Below, piece after piece: positions 23,335 to 35,497 of a stretch of DNA of 64,000 bases. A model generated the notes under the pieces. It had not been told where the DNA came from and searched no databases. It worked only from the letters and a program-made list of their open reading frames with translations. Both the position numbers and the translations under genes were made by a program. Source of the DNA: Psammoneis japonica (taxonomy: Eukaryota); assembly GCA_008632985.1 (NCBI GenBank), contig QPGO01000057.1:186001-250000 (forward strand), read 5' to 3'. Every line of letters starts with the position of its first letter. Within the stretch, counting starts at the first letter, position 1.

Positions 23335-25158
23335 TTACTCGCCGAACGGCTTTCTCGCAACAACGCACACGCGAGCACAAAGCTTGTTCATGTCGTATTC
23401 CTCCAAATGCTCATAATCTTTGCTACCTACATGAACGGTGCTTCTGTCTGGGTTCATATCTGAAATCTCGTCATTCTCTTCTTCAGAAAGCTCATACGCC
23501 ATGAGAGAATCACTGTCGTCTATGACAACACTCTCAAATCCAATCTTCTTGCAAAGCGGAAGCAGCTGGTTCAGGGGAATGAACATCCTCATGCAGAGTG
23601 GCCAAGTAACTCCGTCTTCCAGTTCGTCCACCTTTAGCGTTGACGTGCAAATTGAACACCGGCCTCCTGGCTTCAGGACACGGAAGATTTCTCGAAAAGC
23701 CTTTTCCTTATCGGGGGCAAGACAAAACGCCCCGTTGGAAATAACAACGTCAATCGAGTTGTCCGGCAACGGGATTGCCTCCATGTCTGCGACCGCAAAG
23801 CGAATGTCTAGGTCACGCCTAGCTGCGCATGCTTGAGCGTGTTCCACCTCTTGTTTGCTTATATCAATGCCAACGACCTTTCCTTCATCTCCTGCGTAGT
23901 GGCTCGCAATGAAGGAATCAATACCCAAGCCAGAGCCAACATCCAAGACACGTTCTCCCCTTTGTATTTTGGCGTGCAAGTGCGGATTCCCTACCCCCTG
24001 AAAGTTGTACGCGTCTTTTCCAGCAACCTCAAACTCTTCATCGGTATAACCTAGACTCGACATGATGGCCTTTGCTCGCTTCATGTTACCCTCTAAATGA
24101 GCCGTCTCACCGACCTTGTTGTAGGCTTGAGCAGTTTCCTCCTTGGCAACTTCGTCCTCGAGGCGAAAAACATACAAAAAGTCGGCAGGATTCGACCCCG
24201 GCGGTCCAAAGGCATCCTGGATATCCTTTGCCACGGCGTCCTGATCATTCACATCCACATGAGTTGCGTGAGAAAGCACCAAGCAGGTTTCATCCACAAG
24301 CTCTGGATGTCGCTCAAGCACTCGATCTGGAACCCCTTGATAATGCATAAGGTGTCCGTTCCCCGCAATCACTAGAAATCGCTCGTCTTTTTCGCTCTTG
24401 TCCAATAGACCATTGATCTTGTGTGCCATGGCCACGTCCTTGAGTACCTGCGCTTTGAAGATGCCACGAAACTGATCGCTGGGTGGTTTCGGATTCTGAA
24501 AAAGCGAGCGTCCGCTAATGAGGCTTTCAAACACATTGTAGTGAAAGTCGTTCCCGGCCAACATATTTGTAGTTTGTGACGGCAAGAATTCAGAAGCAGC
24601 CTTTAATGCTGCTGGTTCTCCTTCTCTCATGAGTTGTCTCGCAAAGGTTCTCGATAGAAATCCCGCGTGTAAAACAATTTCCTTCTTGTTTTCCCTAGCA
24701 TGCTCCAAGAGCGGTCGATATGGCTGCAAGTCGTGGTTCTCTGTTCCAATGCGTTTGTATTGCACCAGCAATTCATCAAAATCAATTTGTTCCTCTTGAT
24801 ATTGTCGAAGCAGTTCTTGCATCTCAAAGCTAAAGTGTTCGAGTACGACGTGAAGTCTGGATGATTCACTGCGGAGCTTTTCTTGAATTGCCAGTTGCAG
24901 CGCGACAATCGGAGACATGGAGTGTATTTCTCCAACAAAAATCAACTTGTGCTGTGCTACTTGGTCCAAAAAGGAAAATCGATCATAGACGTGACCAAAG
25001 TTGTTGGCAGCCGACGACTTGATGTGGTGCGTCGTCTGGGTGTTGTCGCCATTCAAGTGCGAGAACTTTTCTCCAACGTCCGTGTAGAGACTCGGTGAAG
25101 CACGAACTCCCACAAACATCTTGTAGGCAACCTCCGAAAGAGACTTCCACTTCAACAT
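23335..25158 (-). CDS. Fusion: ChaN-like (Tiki/EreA superfamily, haem-uptake) domain plus arsenite-methyltransferase-like class I SAM methyltransferase
   Basis: N-half LIFVGEIH...LEHFSFEMQ...Y.PLLE.AR...AQVLKDVAMA...VIAGNGH..YQGVP is ChaN-like. C-half FQGVGNP...GERVLDVGSGLGID...VVGIDIS...IPLPDNSIDVVISNGAFCLAPDKEKAFREIFRVLKPGG is ArsM/AS3MT-like. Start placed at MLKWK. Confidence 0.8.
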   Translation of the reverse strand: MLKWKSLSEVAYKMFVGVRASPSLYTDVGEKFSHLNGDNTQTTHHIKSSAANNFGHVYDRFSFLDQVAQHKLIFVGEIHSMSPIVALQLAIQEKLRSESSRLHVVLEHFSFEMQELLRQYQEEQIDFDELLVQYKRIGTENHDLQPYRPLLEHARENKKEIVLHAGFLSRTFARQLMREGEPAALKAASEFLPSQTTNMLAGNDFHYNVFESLISGRSLFQNPKPPSDQFRGIFKAQVLKDVAMAHKINGLLDKSEKDERFLVIAGNGHLMHYQGVPDRVLERHPELVDETCLVLSHATHVDVNDQDAVAKDIQDAFGPPGSNPADFLYVFRLEDEVAKEETAQAYNKVGETAHLEGNMKRAKAIMSSLGYTDEEFEVAGKDAYNFQGVGNPHLHAKIQRGERVLDVGSGLGIDSFIASHYAGDEGKVVGIDISKQEVEHAQACAARRDLDIRFAVADMEAIPLPDNSIDVVISNGAFCLAPDKEKAFREIFRVLKPGGRCSICTSTLKVDELEDGVTWPLCMRMFIPLNQLLPLCKKIGFESVVIDDSDSLMAYELSEEENDEISDMNPDRSTVHVGSKDYEHLEEYDMNKLCARVCVVARKPFGE

Positions 25159-25674
25159 GGTCTTGAATAATACTGCAAAGAGAAAGCGCGTCTCAGATTT
25201 GCTCAATATTCGATGCGGCTCACCTCCAGAACAGCGAACACTACGAAACAATAGAGAATACCAAAAGCGGGTGTCAACTGCGGCCGGGTGAGTCAACCTT
25301 GCGTTCTGCGTTCTGGTTCTGCGATCTTATCCCGCGATCTTTCACCTCGCGCGGTGAACTCGCGAGTGGACGACTTACTCGACTCCTCTGTTTGTTCAGG
25401 ATCAGTCGAACCGTCAACCGTACGGTCATTACGATCGTGGATATGTTGAATAATCAATCCTTATGAATGAATAAATACAGTCATCGCGGTCACAAGTTTG
25501 AGTGCCGATCGGTACTCGCCGGCCGTGCGACGTGCGACGACTCAACCATGCTCATCCAAAGAATTAGGCGAAGCTGGAAGCGCTACATATTCATACACAT
25601 CGAACACAAGGGTTCTTTGTTGCTATCACAGTAGGTCGTATGCTTGTTTGCTCGCAATAGATATAGCCTCAGTG

Positions 25675-26586
25675 ATGTTCTTGTACTCGTTAGCGTTGCT
25701 CCTGGGCGTCCTCCAGTTGTGCTCCGCAAACGATAACTTCACTGACTTTGTGGCGATCTCCAACCCACCTCAAGATTTCACCGTGATTGAACTTGGGCCG
25801 ACATGTCCGAGTGGAGCAAACTTTAGTACCATTCTGGATATCATTAGTTTTGTTGTGGAACCTGTCAAGACAAGCGACGTTGTGATAAAGACATTCCCTG
25901 CAAACCTACTTGATGTTTTCTCGGCCGACGGCGTTCTCCGATTCCACTACAACGACGTGTCTTCCAAGCTGAGCAATGGCACGGGTGTACTTGTTCAAGT
26001 GCCAGAGAGCCAACTTGAAGGCATTAGAGGTGCGCCTCAGTCATCCTTTCGGGCGTGGGTTCTCAACGGCTTTACCAACCTTCGTTCCATAAACCAGCAG
26101 GGATGGGATTCGCAGCTTGTGTTTGACGTGGACAGCAGTGTTGGTCGTCTGCAGGTGTTTCACGGAGGAGAAAGCAACTCCATTTTCCTCGGACACGACG
26201 TGGAAGTTGATCTGGATGTTGTAGGCTCAAGTCACTCGGTGACTTTGAACGCACTCTTAAAGACCGGGACTATCTCCGCCTCCAAAACACTTTTATGGAC
26301 GAATGGTGAGGTGGAGCAGCTCGCGGTTACCGGTGTTCAGAATCGGGTTTTTGTATCCAGTACCAATGGATGCAACAATGTTGACCTACAAGGTGACCCA
26401 GCAACGTGTGAAATACTGTCTACCATCATTAGGCCTCCAGAAATGAAACCCGTGTCAGAGGCAACACTGTTTGTAACCTGCCCAGCCGTTCAGCCCAGCA
26501 CTTTGGCTCCAACAAGTGCGGCTGCAGGCAAAACATTCTTTCATGTCGTTCTCGCTGTTACAGTTGGTTTTGCGTTTATCTTGTAA
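25675..26586 (+). CDS. Secreted, probably GPI-anchored or surface protein (beta-rich, adhesin-like)
   Basis: Signal peptide MFLYSLALLLGVLQLCSA, S/T/P-rich linker, then PTSAAAG followed by a hydrophobic C-terminal tail. Confidence 0.6.
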   Translation: MFLYSLALLLGVLQLCSANDNFTDFVAISNPPQDFTVIELGPTCPSGANFSTILDIISFVVEPVKTSDVVIKTFPANLLDVFSADGVLRFHYNDVSSKLSNGTGVLVQVPESQLEGIRGAPQSSFRAWVLNGFTNLRSINQQGWDSQLVFDVDSSVGRLQVFHGGESNSIFLGHDVEVDLDVVGSSHSVTLNALLKTGTISASKTLLWTNGEVEQLAVTGVQNRVFVSSTNGCNNVDLQGDPATCEILSTIIRPPEMKPVSEATLFVTCPAVQPSTLAPTSAAAGKTFFHVVLAVTVGFAFIL

Positions 26587-27425
26587 GCATCTTTTCATAA
26601 CAATTATATAGATTGAAGTCGATGAGTGAACCCGTAACATTCGTACACCTTCTTTCTCTCATTGTTCACTTAAATACGGTGCAGACTGTTTCAAAGTCAT
26701 GGACGCAGTTGCATTCTATCTGACTTCGCTGTGGTTATACGGCTACTATCTGGTAGATTTCATATAAATATTGCTTTCCATGCTGTTCCACGCCACGGGG
26801 CTGGTGATATTGCAAGTTCCTATGACTTCGATGTATTTGTTTGACATTGCAGCCCGTATTATAGCCCGTAACTCTGTACCGGTAATGAAAGTTTTTGAGG
26901 ATGTGTGGCATTCACGGGATACCTTAGAACTGGTTTGCTCCTACGGTATGTATTAGAGAAGTGTTGCTTTCTATATCCTGCTACATTGTTGCCGAGGTTG
27001 TGGTCGGGCTTGGGTACTTCCTGTAGCCATGTAGTGACTAATGAATCAAAATGTACATAGCAGATCTCATTGGCGGAGCAGCCAATTGGAGTACAGTTGG
27101 AAACAAGAACTTGTTGCTAGGACTGTGATAACCTGGGCAAGTCACCTACTAGCTAGAGCATGCCGCCACATCCAACAACAGCTGTCCAAATCGCCCAAGC
27201 TCAGCTGTTTCAAAAAGAGCTCAGTTGCTCTATGACGCGATATTGGCTAGAAAATGTACAGTATATCGAGTGAACAGGTTACAGAGAGAAAAGAAAGTTC
27301 CGTTCGTCCCATTACTTAATGTGTTGAAAACGAATGGCTCCAATGCAGGAGCCGGGCGTGAGCTGGGGTCGACAGAGTAGCACAGTTGATGGGTATGTTA
27401 TCTTACCGATCTTCAGCTACTTGAC

Positions 27426-28226
27426 CTACCCTGAATTATCCACTGACCCTATTTCTGACTCTATTACGCCTTGAAAAATACACATATCTGGGTCGTTGGC
27501 AGCTAGAAACTCGGGTATTGTGAAAGCTGCTTGTCTAGGTAAAATGCCGCGGTACCTCCTCACCAGCCGACAACCATCTGTAGGATGCGGATTATCATCA
27601 CAAGGAGCACGTCTCATGCTCATTGTGCCTGCTTTCAAAGGCAAAAACTCGAGGTGCATTGCAAAGGTTTCAAAAGCTTCTAACCCGTCCAACAAGACAA
27701 GAGAGACCTTGTAATTCGAATCGTCGTAATCGAGAAACACGGTTGCATCCATACCTTGATATTTGTACTGATATGTCTTGTCGCCAGTCTGAGTCACATG
27801 GGTTACTCCCGTAGCATGGAACAAGTTCAAGGGCGCGTGAAAGGTTGGTGAGAAGAACGCCTTGTTGCACGGCGCTGCAACATCGACGAAAACTTCATCT
27901 TGTAGCAATCGACTGCTGTCCGTCAACGACGACAAATGACCACCACGATAACGAGCATGTCCCTTGTAGCGCTGAGCAGCACTCTTTCGTAACGTCTCAT
28001 TCTCTAGCGATTGAAGTACCATCTCGTCTCGACCGCAACCTGTTATAACGGCCAGTACAAAGAACACCACAACTGACGAGAAGATACAGCCAACCAATCG
28101 CTGTTTTTCACTCTCCGATGCTTCTACAGGGTTTTCATGTTCACTTGTAATTGATATTGAAGAATCAAGAGTATCCCCATTACGAAGATGGGGATTGATG
28201 GAGTCAATGCTTCGGTAGTTCTTCAT
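27426..28226 (-). CDS. Hypothetical single-pass membrane protein
   Basis: 266-aa ATG-started ORF with normal composition and one hydrophobic segment (LVGCIFSSVVVFFVLAVITG). Confidence 0.55.
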   Translation of the reverse strand: MKNYRSIDSINPHLRNGDTLDSSISITSEHENPVEASESEKQRLVGCIFSSVVVFFVLAVITGCGRDEMVLQSLENETLRKSAAQRYKGHARYRGGHLSSLTDSSRLLQDEVFVDVAAPCNKAFFSPTFHAPLNLFHATGVTHVTQTGDKTYQYKYQGMDATVFLDYDDSNYKVSLVLLDGLEAFETFAMHLEFLPLKAGTMSMRRAPCDDNPHPTDGCRLVRRYRGILPRQAAFTIPEFLAANDPDMCIFQGVIESEIGSVDNSG

Positions 28227-28533
28227 CCTGAAGCTGTCCTAGCTAGCTAGTAGTGTTCTTTTGCTCTATTGTTCCGAAACTTGCTTCCGACCTTGATGTC
28301 GGAGGGAAAAAATTCTTTCTCGCTCCGCGAGCTCGCTCTCTCGAAAATATAATTGATCTCATAACCTACCACGTCATTGAATTTCCGTTCACGTAGATTC
28401 AGTACCAATCTCCACAGTGAATGGGCAGACAGACAGTACTTTTGGCGCAATTTTTGGTCCGTCACCCCTCCGACCAAAAGCGGCAGGTCGAGAAAAGTGC
28501 AACTCCACTTCCTATCCACAATAATTGAGCACC

Positions 28534-30303
28534 ATGAGCGGATTCAACGCAAACGCAGCAGAGTGGAAGCCTTCGGCGGCTGCAGCGGAATGGACTCCTG
28601 CAGGAATGACAGCTCCAGCACCAGCTCCAGCGCCACCTCCGGCTCCTGCTCGTTCTGAATCACAAGAGTCAGTCATTGACGAATCAGATCCTCTGTGGCA
28701 AGTTGTTCTCAAGATTGCAGAAGGAGACCGTGAAAAGGCGCTCAAAATGATTGCTGATCCCGATTCTTTGACGCAATATCCAGAGGTAGAAGCCTTATTG
28801 GAATCTTCTGAAGCCATGGATGTAGACGATGACGAAGCAGTGGAGGAATTGGCAGAGGAAATACAAGAGAAAATGGCTGTAGAGGAAACACCAGAAAAAA
28901 AGAAGCCAGCGCCAGCAGCACCAAAGGCACCGCTGGAAGAGGTCCCGGCAGAAGAACTCAAAGAAGGAGACCCTCGCGAGCACCTGAATCTCGTCTTTAT
29001 TGGTCATGTTGATGCCGGAAAGTCGACTCTGTCGGGTAACATTCTCTACCTTACAGATAATGTGGATAAGCGTACGATTGAAAAGTACGAACGCGAAGCA
29101 AAGGATCTGAATCGCGAGTCTTGGTTCTTGGCCTTCATCATGGACACGAACGAGGAGGAGCGTGCCAAGGGAAAGACAGTTGAGGTGGGTCGCGCTCACT
29201 TTGAAACCGACGTCAAACGCTACACGATTCTGGATGCTCCTGGTCACAAGAATTACGTCCCAAACATGATTATGGGTGCCAGTCAGGCTGATGTTGGTGT
29301 CTTGGTCATTTCGGCACGAAAGGGTGAATTTGAGACTGGATTTGACCGTGGTGGCCAAACTCGAGAACACGCCATGCTCGCCAAGACCTTGGGTGTGTCG
29401 TATTTGGTGGTGGTGATCAACAAAATGGATGACCCGACTGTGCAGTGGAAGAAGGAGCGTTACGACGAGTGCGTCACCAAGATTCGCCCTTTCCTCAAGA
29501 GCTGTGGCTATGTCATTAAGCGTGAAGTCAAGTTCATCCCCATTTCGGGTCTGAGCGGAGCCAACGTGAAGGATGAGGTGGAGTCGTCCGAGTGCGCGTG
29601 GTGGAAACCGTCCTATACGGCGGGAGAGAACAACACAACCGCCGCTACGCTGATGAGTTTATTGGACTCGCTTGAAATAAAGGGGCGCGATTCAAACGCA
29701 CCGGTGCGAATTCCAGTTTTGGAACGTTATGTGGACCGTGGTACGATTGCCATGGGCAAGGTGGAGAGCGGTGTCATCCGACCTGGCATGAAAGTGACGC
29801 TGATGCCCACAAGAAACTCCTACAAGGTGGAAGGAGTCTGGGCAAACGAGGAACCCGTGGCGGCAGCGCGACCCGGTGAAAATGTCCTCATCAAGATTGG
29901 CGGTGGCTGTGGCGTGGAAGACGTGCGTAAGGGATACGTCATTTGCACCGACCCGCCTTGCCGAGCCGTGGACAAGATTATTTGCCACATGGCGGTGTTG
30001 GACATGCCAGAAAATACTCGTATTATGACTGCCGGTTTCCAATCCATCTTTCATGCTCATTGTTGTGAAGAAGAATGCACTGTTGTCAAGATCTTTGAAA
30101 CCACAAACAACAAGGGTCACGTACACAAGGGAGCCCGTTTCGCTAGTGTTGGGATGCGTGCCGTGGTCATGCTCGAACTCGCACGAACCGTTCCCGTTGA
30201 AACCTTTGACGAGATGCCCTTTTTGGGTAGATTTACGCTACGAACGGAAGGGAAGACCGTGGCTATCGGAAAGATCACGAAGCTGCCACCAAAGAAGGAG
30301 TAA
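28534..30303 (+). CDS. SUP35: Eukaryotic peptide chain release factor 3 (GTPase)
   Basis: N-terminal PAM2 motif FNANAAEWKP; GHVDAGKST, RAKGKTVEVGRAHFET, DAPGHKNYVPNMI, GGQTREHAMLAKTLGV, NKMDDPTV; C-terminal LGRFTLRTEGKTVAIGK. Confidence 0.96.
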   Translation: MSGFNANAAEWKPSAAAAEWTPAGMTAPAPAPAPPPAPARSESQESVIDESDPLWQVVLKIAEGDREKALKMIADPDSLTQYPEVEALLESSEAMDVDDDEAVEELAEEIQEKMAVEETPEKKKPAPAAPKAPLEEVPAEELKEGDPREHLNLVFIGHVDAGKSTLSGNILYLTDNVDKRTIEKYEREAKDLNRESWFLAFIMDTNEEERAKGKTVEVGRAHFETDVKRYTILDAPGHKNYVPNMIMGASQADVGVLVISARKGEFETGFDRGGQTREHAMLAKTLGVSYLVVVINKMDDPTVQWKKERYDECVTKIRPFLKSCGYVIKREVKFIPISGLSGANVKDEVESSECAWWKPSYTAGENNTTAATLMSLLDSLEIKGRDSNAPVRIPVLERYVDRGTIAMGKVESGVIRPGMKVTLMPTRNSYKVEGVWANEEPVAAARPGENVLIKIGGGCGVEDVRKGYVICTDPPCRAVDKIICHMAVLDMPENTRIMTAGFQSIFHAHCCEEECTVVKIFETTNNKGHVHKGARFASVGMRAVVMLELARTVPVETFDEMPFLGRFTLRTEGKTVAIGKITKLPPKKE

Positions 30304-31194
30304 CTATGTGCTGCACGGTACAGCATAGGCAGCAGCGGCCATTTGCGCTACTGCAGTTACTCTACCACGAGAATACAGCCGGTGTCACACTTTAGATCAC
30401 GGCTATAATTTTTCCTCTGTGACTAAGACAATAACTTGTCGTTCTTAAGTAAACCGATGCTCTTTGCCAGTGTTAAGGTTATCGACTCACAATGTTTTCA
30501 ATAATTAGTCATACGGTTATAGCGTTAGATATATGAGCTACGATTCAGCATGAATCTATCTCAAAAAAGCCTCGAACCCGAGCTACTTCCCTTGGCTTCC
30601 TTAGCCCAATCTCGCTATGGAGTCAATCGGGCCATCCTACTTCATGAAAAGTCAAGCTTCTCACTCTACTCACTCTTCTAACTCTCTGCCATACTACTTT
30701 CAACTGCACAGCCTACGGTCAGTGACAATGACAAAAAGGCCAGCCAAGTTTCTCCTTCATCACTCCTCATTCAACTCTATAGAGCTAGAGAGCAGTATTC
30801 GTAATAGCTGCACTCTCAGCGCCGCGGCTACCGAGTAGAAAAATGAGCTCATATCCCACCGACTAACGCCATTCGTGACAACCAAAATGAGAACACGCCA
30901 GAATGTTCGTCAAAGTGGCCTGGTCAGAAAGGTGTCACGCAGGGGAAGGCGGGCCGGCTTACAGCAGTACTTTTCTTCGTACACTTTCACGTCGCAGAAG
31001 AAGAACAGCACAGGTGGTGATGGTCATGTTTGGCGCTGCGCACTTCAACCGTGACCTTGACAACAGAAAACGTGGGAAACGAAAGGCAGCGCACAACGGT
31101 TGAGAACAACAACGAATCCGAATACTCAATTAATATAGTAATTGGAACGAGCATGAAGCAATAGCAGCTGAGATACTATCAATAGAAGGACATC

Positions 31195-32471
31195 ATGACA
31201 AATCTTTGGCCTCTGGGAATCGCAATTTATGTTTCCGGAACAATCGGGGAGGCATTGGGCGCGAACTTTCAACGCAAGTCACTCACAACGGAAGCCGCCA
31301 GGGCAGAACATGATCCGTCATACGTTGAACGGGGGAAGTTCAAGCAGCAACTCTGGGTTTTGGGTTTCTTTCTGTTTGTTCTGGCTGGCATATTCATGTC
31401 AGTAGCACTTTTCTTCGCGAGTCAGACCGTCCTGGCTCCTTTGCAGCTCTTTCTGTTTGTCTCGAACGCCTTCTTTGCCCACCTTATCAACCAAGAGGTA
31501 TTTTTATGGTTAGGACTGGACGGAATGTTTCTGGGACTTGTCATCGTGGGCGTAACCATGGCAATCATAAGTGCCCTAAACATTCCGAAAGTTACAGTGA
31601 CGAGGAAATGGTATGGTTGATGAGACAGCCCGGGTTTATTGCATTTTGCTGCTTTGCTGGGTCGTTCATTATCGGCATGTGGTGCATCAGAAGAAGGATT
31701 CTAGTAGTCTGTAATCGAGATCCTCGCAACATTCACCGGCGCTGGCTCCGTACCTTGCTCAACATGAGTTATGGTTCAATAGCTGGTGCCTTTGGGGGAG
31801 TCAATGTGACGTTGACCAAAACTCTGTTCTCACTTGTGGTCGGGCAATATCAAAACGGCGGAATGTTGGCCCTTATATCTTCACCTGTTATCTGGCTTAC
31901 CTCCTTTGTTCTCGTCGGCACTTATGTGATGCAAATTGTCGCGACGGTATCAGGGCTTGAAGTAACGTCCGCGATTATTGTTATCTCTGCACACTCTGTC
32001 ACCGAGGAGGTCATGGCCACATCGGGAGGAATACTCTACTTCCAAGATTACCTTCAATTCGAAAGCTGGTCCTGGGCGATGTTTATCATTGGAAATACCA
32101 CAGCAATCTTTAGCGTAATTGGTCTCTCTCACCTCCGACTGCGAGACGCAGAAGCCAAGGAGGCACAAGCAAGACTTCTCGCCGCTGAAGCTGACAGCGA
32201 CACTGACCCCGACGCTGACAACAATGATGTTTTGTACACTCCTTCTGTTGCATCAGAGTCAGATATTGAATGTCCCCGAAAGCGAGCTACTTCGGATGGA
32301 TACCTTGGCTTCATCACACATCACCACCAAAACCCTCAGTTCAAACGATCGAGAACAATGGCGTCCATGGGTCTCCACTTTGAAGAAGATGCCGAACTAG
32401 ATACTACCGTTCCCTTGAGCAGAGCCAGTACCTTGACAAGCTTTACGAACGAGGAACCCGTGACTGCATAA
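31195..32471 (+). CDS. NIPA-family (DMT superfamily) Mg2+ transporter-like; apparent 1-nt frameshift at ~31575
   Basis: ALGANFQRKS, LWVLGFFLFV, ALFFASQTVLAPL and GGILYFQDY motifs with multiple TM helices. The two ORFs join if one C is added to 'gccct'. Confidence 0.8.
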
Positions 32472-32812
32472 ACCAAAACTAACTCTTTAAGTCGATGTAA
32501 AATAGTGTTGAGATCCCCTTCGACCAGGTATGCCTGTGAAACCAACAAAACATGATGCAAGGCTGCTGCACAAATTCCAACCTGACCCCAGTTGAGCTCA
32601 TCTCTACCCGATAGGCGTACATAAACACGAATTACACACTACAGAGCAGCGCCAGAGAATGGCCTAACTAGAGAAGAATGTCGATCAAAAGAGGCTCTTG
32701 ATTTTAACTTGAAAGGAAGACGTTCGCTGTTCTTACCCAAGACACCGGGGCACACAAGACTTTGCAAAAGGTAATTTTGCACAGCGCTATCCATAATCAA
32801 TCTCACCATACC

Positions 32813-33538
32813 CTATACCTTGATCTTCTTGGCCTCCGCCAGCGCCGCCCTGTCATCCGGAGTGCAAACGTCCGCATCAAGAAGCTTCTTAAGCCACTCC
32901 TTCGCTTCAGCTTTTTTACCCATCGCCACCAACGCCTTGACAATCATGAGCCAGTTTCTGTTGTAGTGCCCACCCTGATTCTCGTAGCACTTGTGGGGGC
33001 AGAGAGACTCTGCCTTCATGAACAAGTCGTAGGCTCCCTCGTACGTGCCCTTGAGCCCCATGACTCGCGCAGCCCGTCCGGCATCGGCAAAGCCATACTC
33101 CGCCGATCCAAGAGCGTGATAGGGCTCTGGAGAAGAGTCACCTGCAATATCGCATGCCTTCTGGAAGCAATCCTTCATCTCTTTCGCCGATCCGAGCTTG
33201 TGAAGAATCTCAAAGCGGGAACATACCCCCAACAACGCACCGAGAAACATGCTCGCCTCCCATACCTCGTTGTTCGAGTCGAGTTCCACGGCGCGCTTGG
33301 CTACATCTTTTCCTTCGTATGCGTACTTCTTGCTCGTGGCCGTATCGAGGTTGGCTGTTTCGGACATGTCCTTGCAGGCCCTCGCCAAACGCCACTTCAC
33401 CTGAACATTGTCAGGATGCTTCGCGTCGAGCTCCTTGAGGAACTCATAGACGGGTTTATGGTCACTGGGAGACTGCGATTCCGCGTAGCGCCATAATTCA
33501 TCCGCCTTCTGGATCTCAGCATCAACGGGGCCGGTCAT
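32813..33538 (-). CDS. Regulator of microtubule dynamics (RMDN/FAM82)-like TPR protein
   Basis: ADELW...VKWRLARAC...AKRAVELD...KEMKDCFQKA...YHALG...F.KAE...AKEWLKK pattern of the RMD family; intact 241-aa ORF. Confidence 0.75.
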   Translation of the reverse strand: MTGPVDAEIQKADELWRYAESQSPSDHKPVYEFLKELDAKHPDNVQVKWRLARACKDMSETANLDTATSKKYAYEGKDVAKRAVELDSNNEVWEASMFLGALLGVCSRFEILHKLGSAKEMKDCFQKACDIAGDSSPEPYHALGSAEYGFADAGRAARVMGLKGTYEGAYDLFMKAESLCPHKCYENQGGHYNRNWLMIVKALVAMGKKAEAKEWLKKLLDADVCTPDDRAALAEAKKIKV

Positions 33539-33848
33539 GGTTTGGGTCTTGCGATGTTGTGATATCTTTGCGTGTTGCTATGCTTCGTTGTGTTGGCTGT
33601 TGGCTCGCTGTCGGCTCGCTGCTCGCTGGTTTGCGTTTTTGCTGACGTTTTGGCGATGTGGCAGTGCCGGCGACATTCTCTCTGAAATATTGTAACTTCA
33701 GATGTGGTCTCGTGTGCTTGTTTGTTGTTGCAATAGTCGATCGATTAGATTTTAAAAAAAAAAACGGCGTTACACCTTTATCTAGAGTACAAGTAGCAGG
33801 ACTTAGGACTTTAGCCCTACAACCTAAGCAATTTACCGGTATGGTATG

Positions 33849-35497
33849 TTATAACTCGGTCCAGGTCGTCAAGGGCGCATCTGAACGATGAATATCTCCA
33901 CCAGGACAGGGTATTCCCAAGTTATATTCCTTGCTGTAGGCGCATTTGGCAATGTGATGATACTCGGCAATGACAACCGTCCGTTCTCGGTTTCCCTCAA
34001 CCGTGCCCTTGTGCGCAGTGTGAGTATCAAAGAGAAAACCACCGCCACGTTTGCCACATCCTTTTACAATTTCATAATTCTTCTCCACATAATCATCCAC
34101 AAACCTCGTGACGGGGTAATCTTCCGACTTGTAGTAGAGAAGGTTTTGAGACCCGGCAGCAACCCTCGTGGGATGACCATGCACGCAGTCCACGTCGTTG
34201 AGAAACATAAAGAGCTTGATGCGGCGACCAGCTCGATCGTGATGGTACATCCCGGCATTGTATTGGTCGGTACTTGTCAAACCTTTTGTGAGGCGAGTGA
34301 CCTTGTATCCATGCAGAATAGATGGGCCCAGATAAGCATTGATGACGGATGCCAGTGTCTTGTTGTGAACTAACAAGTCGTCAAGCTGAGGAATAGGTCT
34401 TCTGGAGGTAATAATGGAGCCTCCTCCAGCAATGCTGGTTTCATTCTTGTGGTAAAGCGCATCTCCCGTCATTGCAGCTTCGCTTGACGGACGATTGCGT
34501 CCGTGTCTGCTCCGAAGTCGTCAATCAGAACAATCCCGTCGCGCTGGAGTGTACTGAACAAAGCTTGAGCAGTTGGGTCGAGTCCCTCGGCTTTTGAGTA
34601 GTAGCGATACGGCGAATCCAAAAACCAATGTATGGGGTTGTGTTGATTTGCAGAAAGATACAAGTCCCTGGCTGCTTGAAGAAAAGGAGAATCTCGCATC
34701 AGGGACTTGACTTGGTCCAATGTCATGGGAGGTGAAAAGAATCCTGAGAAATCCATCCCCAAGGCGTTCCACCGAATCTTTGAAAGATTTTCTTGTAAAA
34801 GTTCTACTGACGACCCAGCATGAATCATGGATTTGTTAAAGTTTGTCTTGATTTGTTCGTAGGTACCCGCTACATCGTCTGGGAAAAGATAGGCTTCCTT
34901 GATTGCCCGGACATCATGAAAGGGAGTCGGAAGGCCCTGGAACGAAGGATCTTCAATGACGCAATCTTGTTGCTGCTGTCGCTGCTTCTCAATTTCAAAC
35001 CAAGATGACATTTCCGCCATGAAATTTTGGACTTGGCTTTCAATTGTAGCAGGGTATGTCGATGCGGCGTCATTGGAGGTCGCGGTGGTACATGCAGCAC
35101 CCACAGCCTCGTGAATAGTGCATGCTGAATCTACTCCAAGTTTGCAATCTCGGAGTGATCGTTCGTCCCCTTGACAGCTTTCTATGTAAATCCCTGTATC
35201 TACAACTCCCGAATCGACAGTTTCTCCAAAGGCCATTGCCGAAGCTTTCTGAGCCATGTTTGCGGATTCATATCCTAGCTGACGACACGCCACATTGGCA
35301 GTCGCCAAGGACCAGTCTTGGTGCGAGCACACGTATCGCCACGTTGATTCATGACATAGTTCCACTCGACCAGCATCTCCTCCACTTCCAAAGAACCGAA
35401 TGTCATCTCGCTCCACATCACAGGGGGAGCCACGGCATTGCAAAACAAAGATTGAAATCACCAGCATGGGAATGACAAGAGTGCGCAACAGACACAT
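33849..35497 (-). CDS. Secreted SRCR-domain plus PhyH-like 2OG-Fe(II) dioxygenase; apparent 1-nt frameshift at ~34480
   Basis: Signal peptide; SRCR motif GRVELCHESTWRYVC..DWSLATANVACRQLG...CQGDERSLRDC; dioxygenase YHHDRAGRRIKLFMFLNDV...FDTHTAHKG...RTV. Frames join if one G is added (AEAAMTG). Confidence 0.8.

Noticed and set aside
31560..31590. Frameshifts in NIPA (~31575), SRCR-dioxygenase (~34480), DM9-dioxygenase (~41279, ~41678) and SGNH esterase (~61460) as programmed frameshifting or pseudogenes
   Set aside because: Each is repaired by adding one base to a short homopolymer and the proteins are otherwise intact. This is most consistent with long-read consensus deletion errors.
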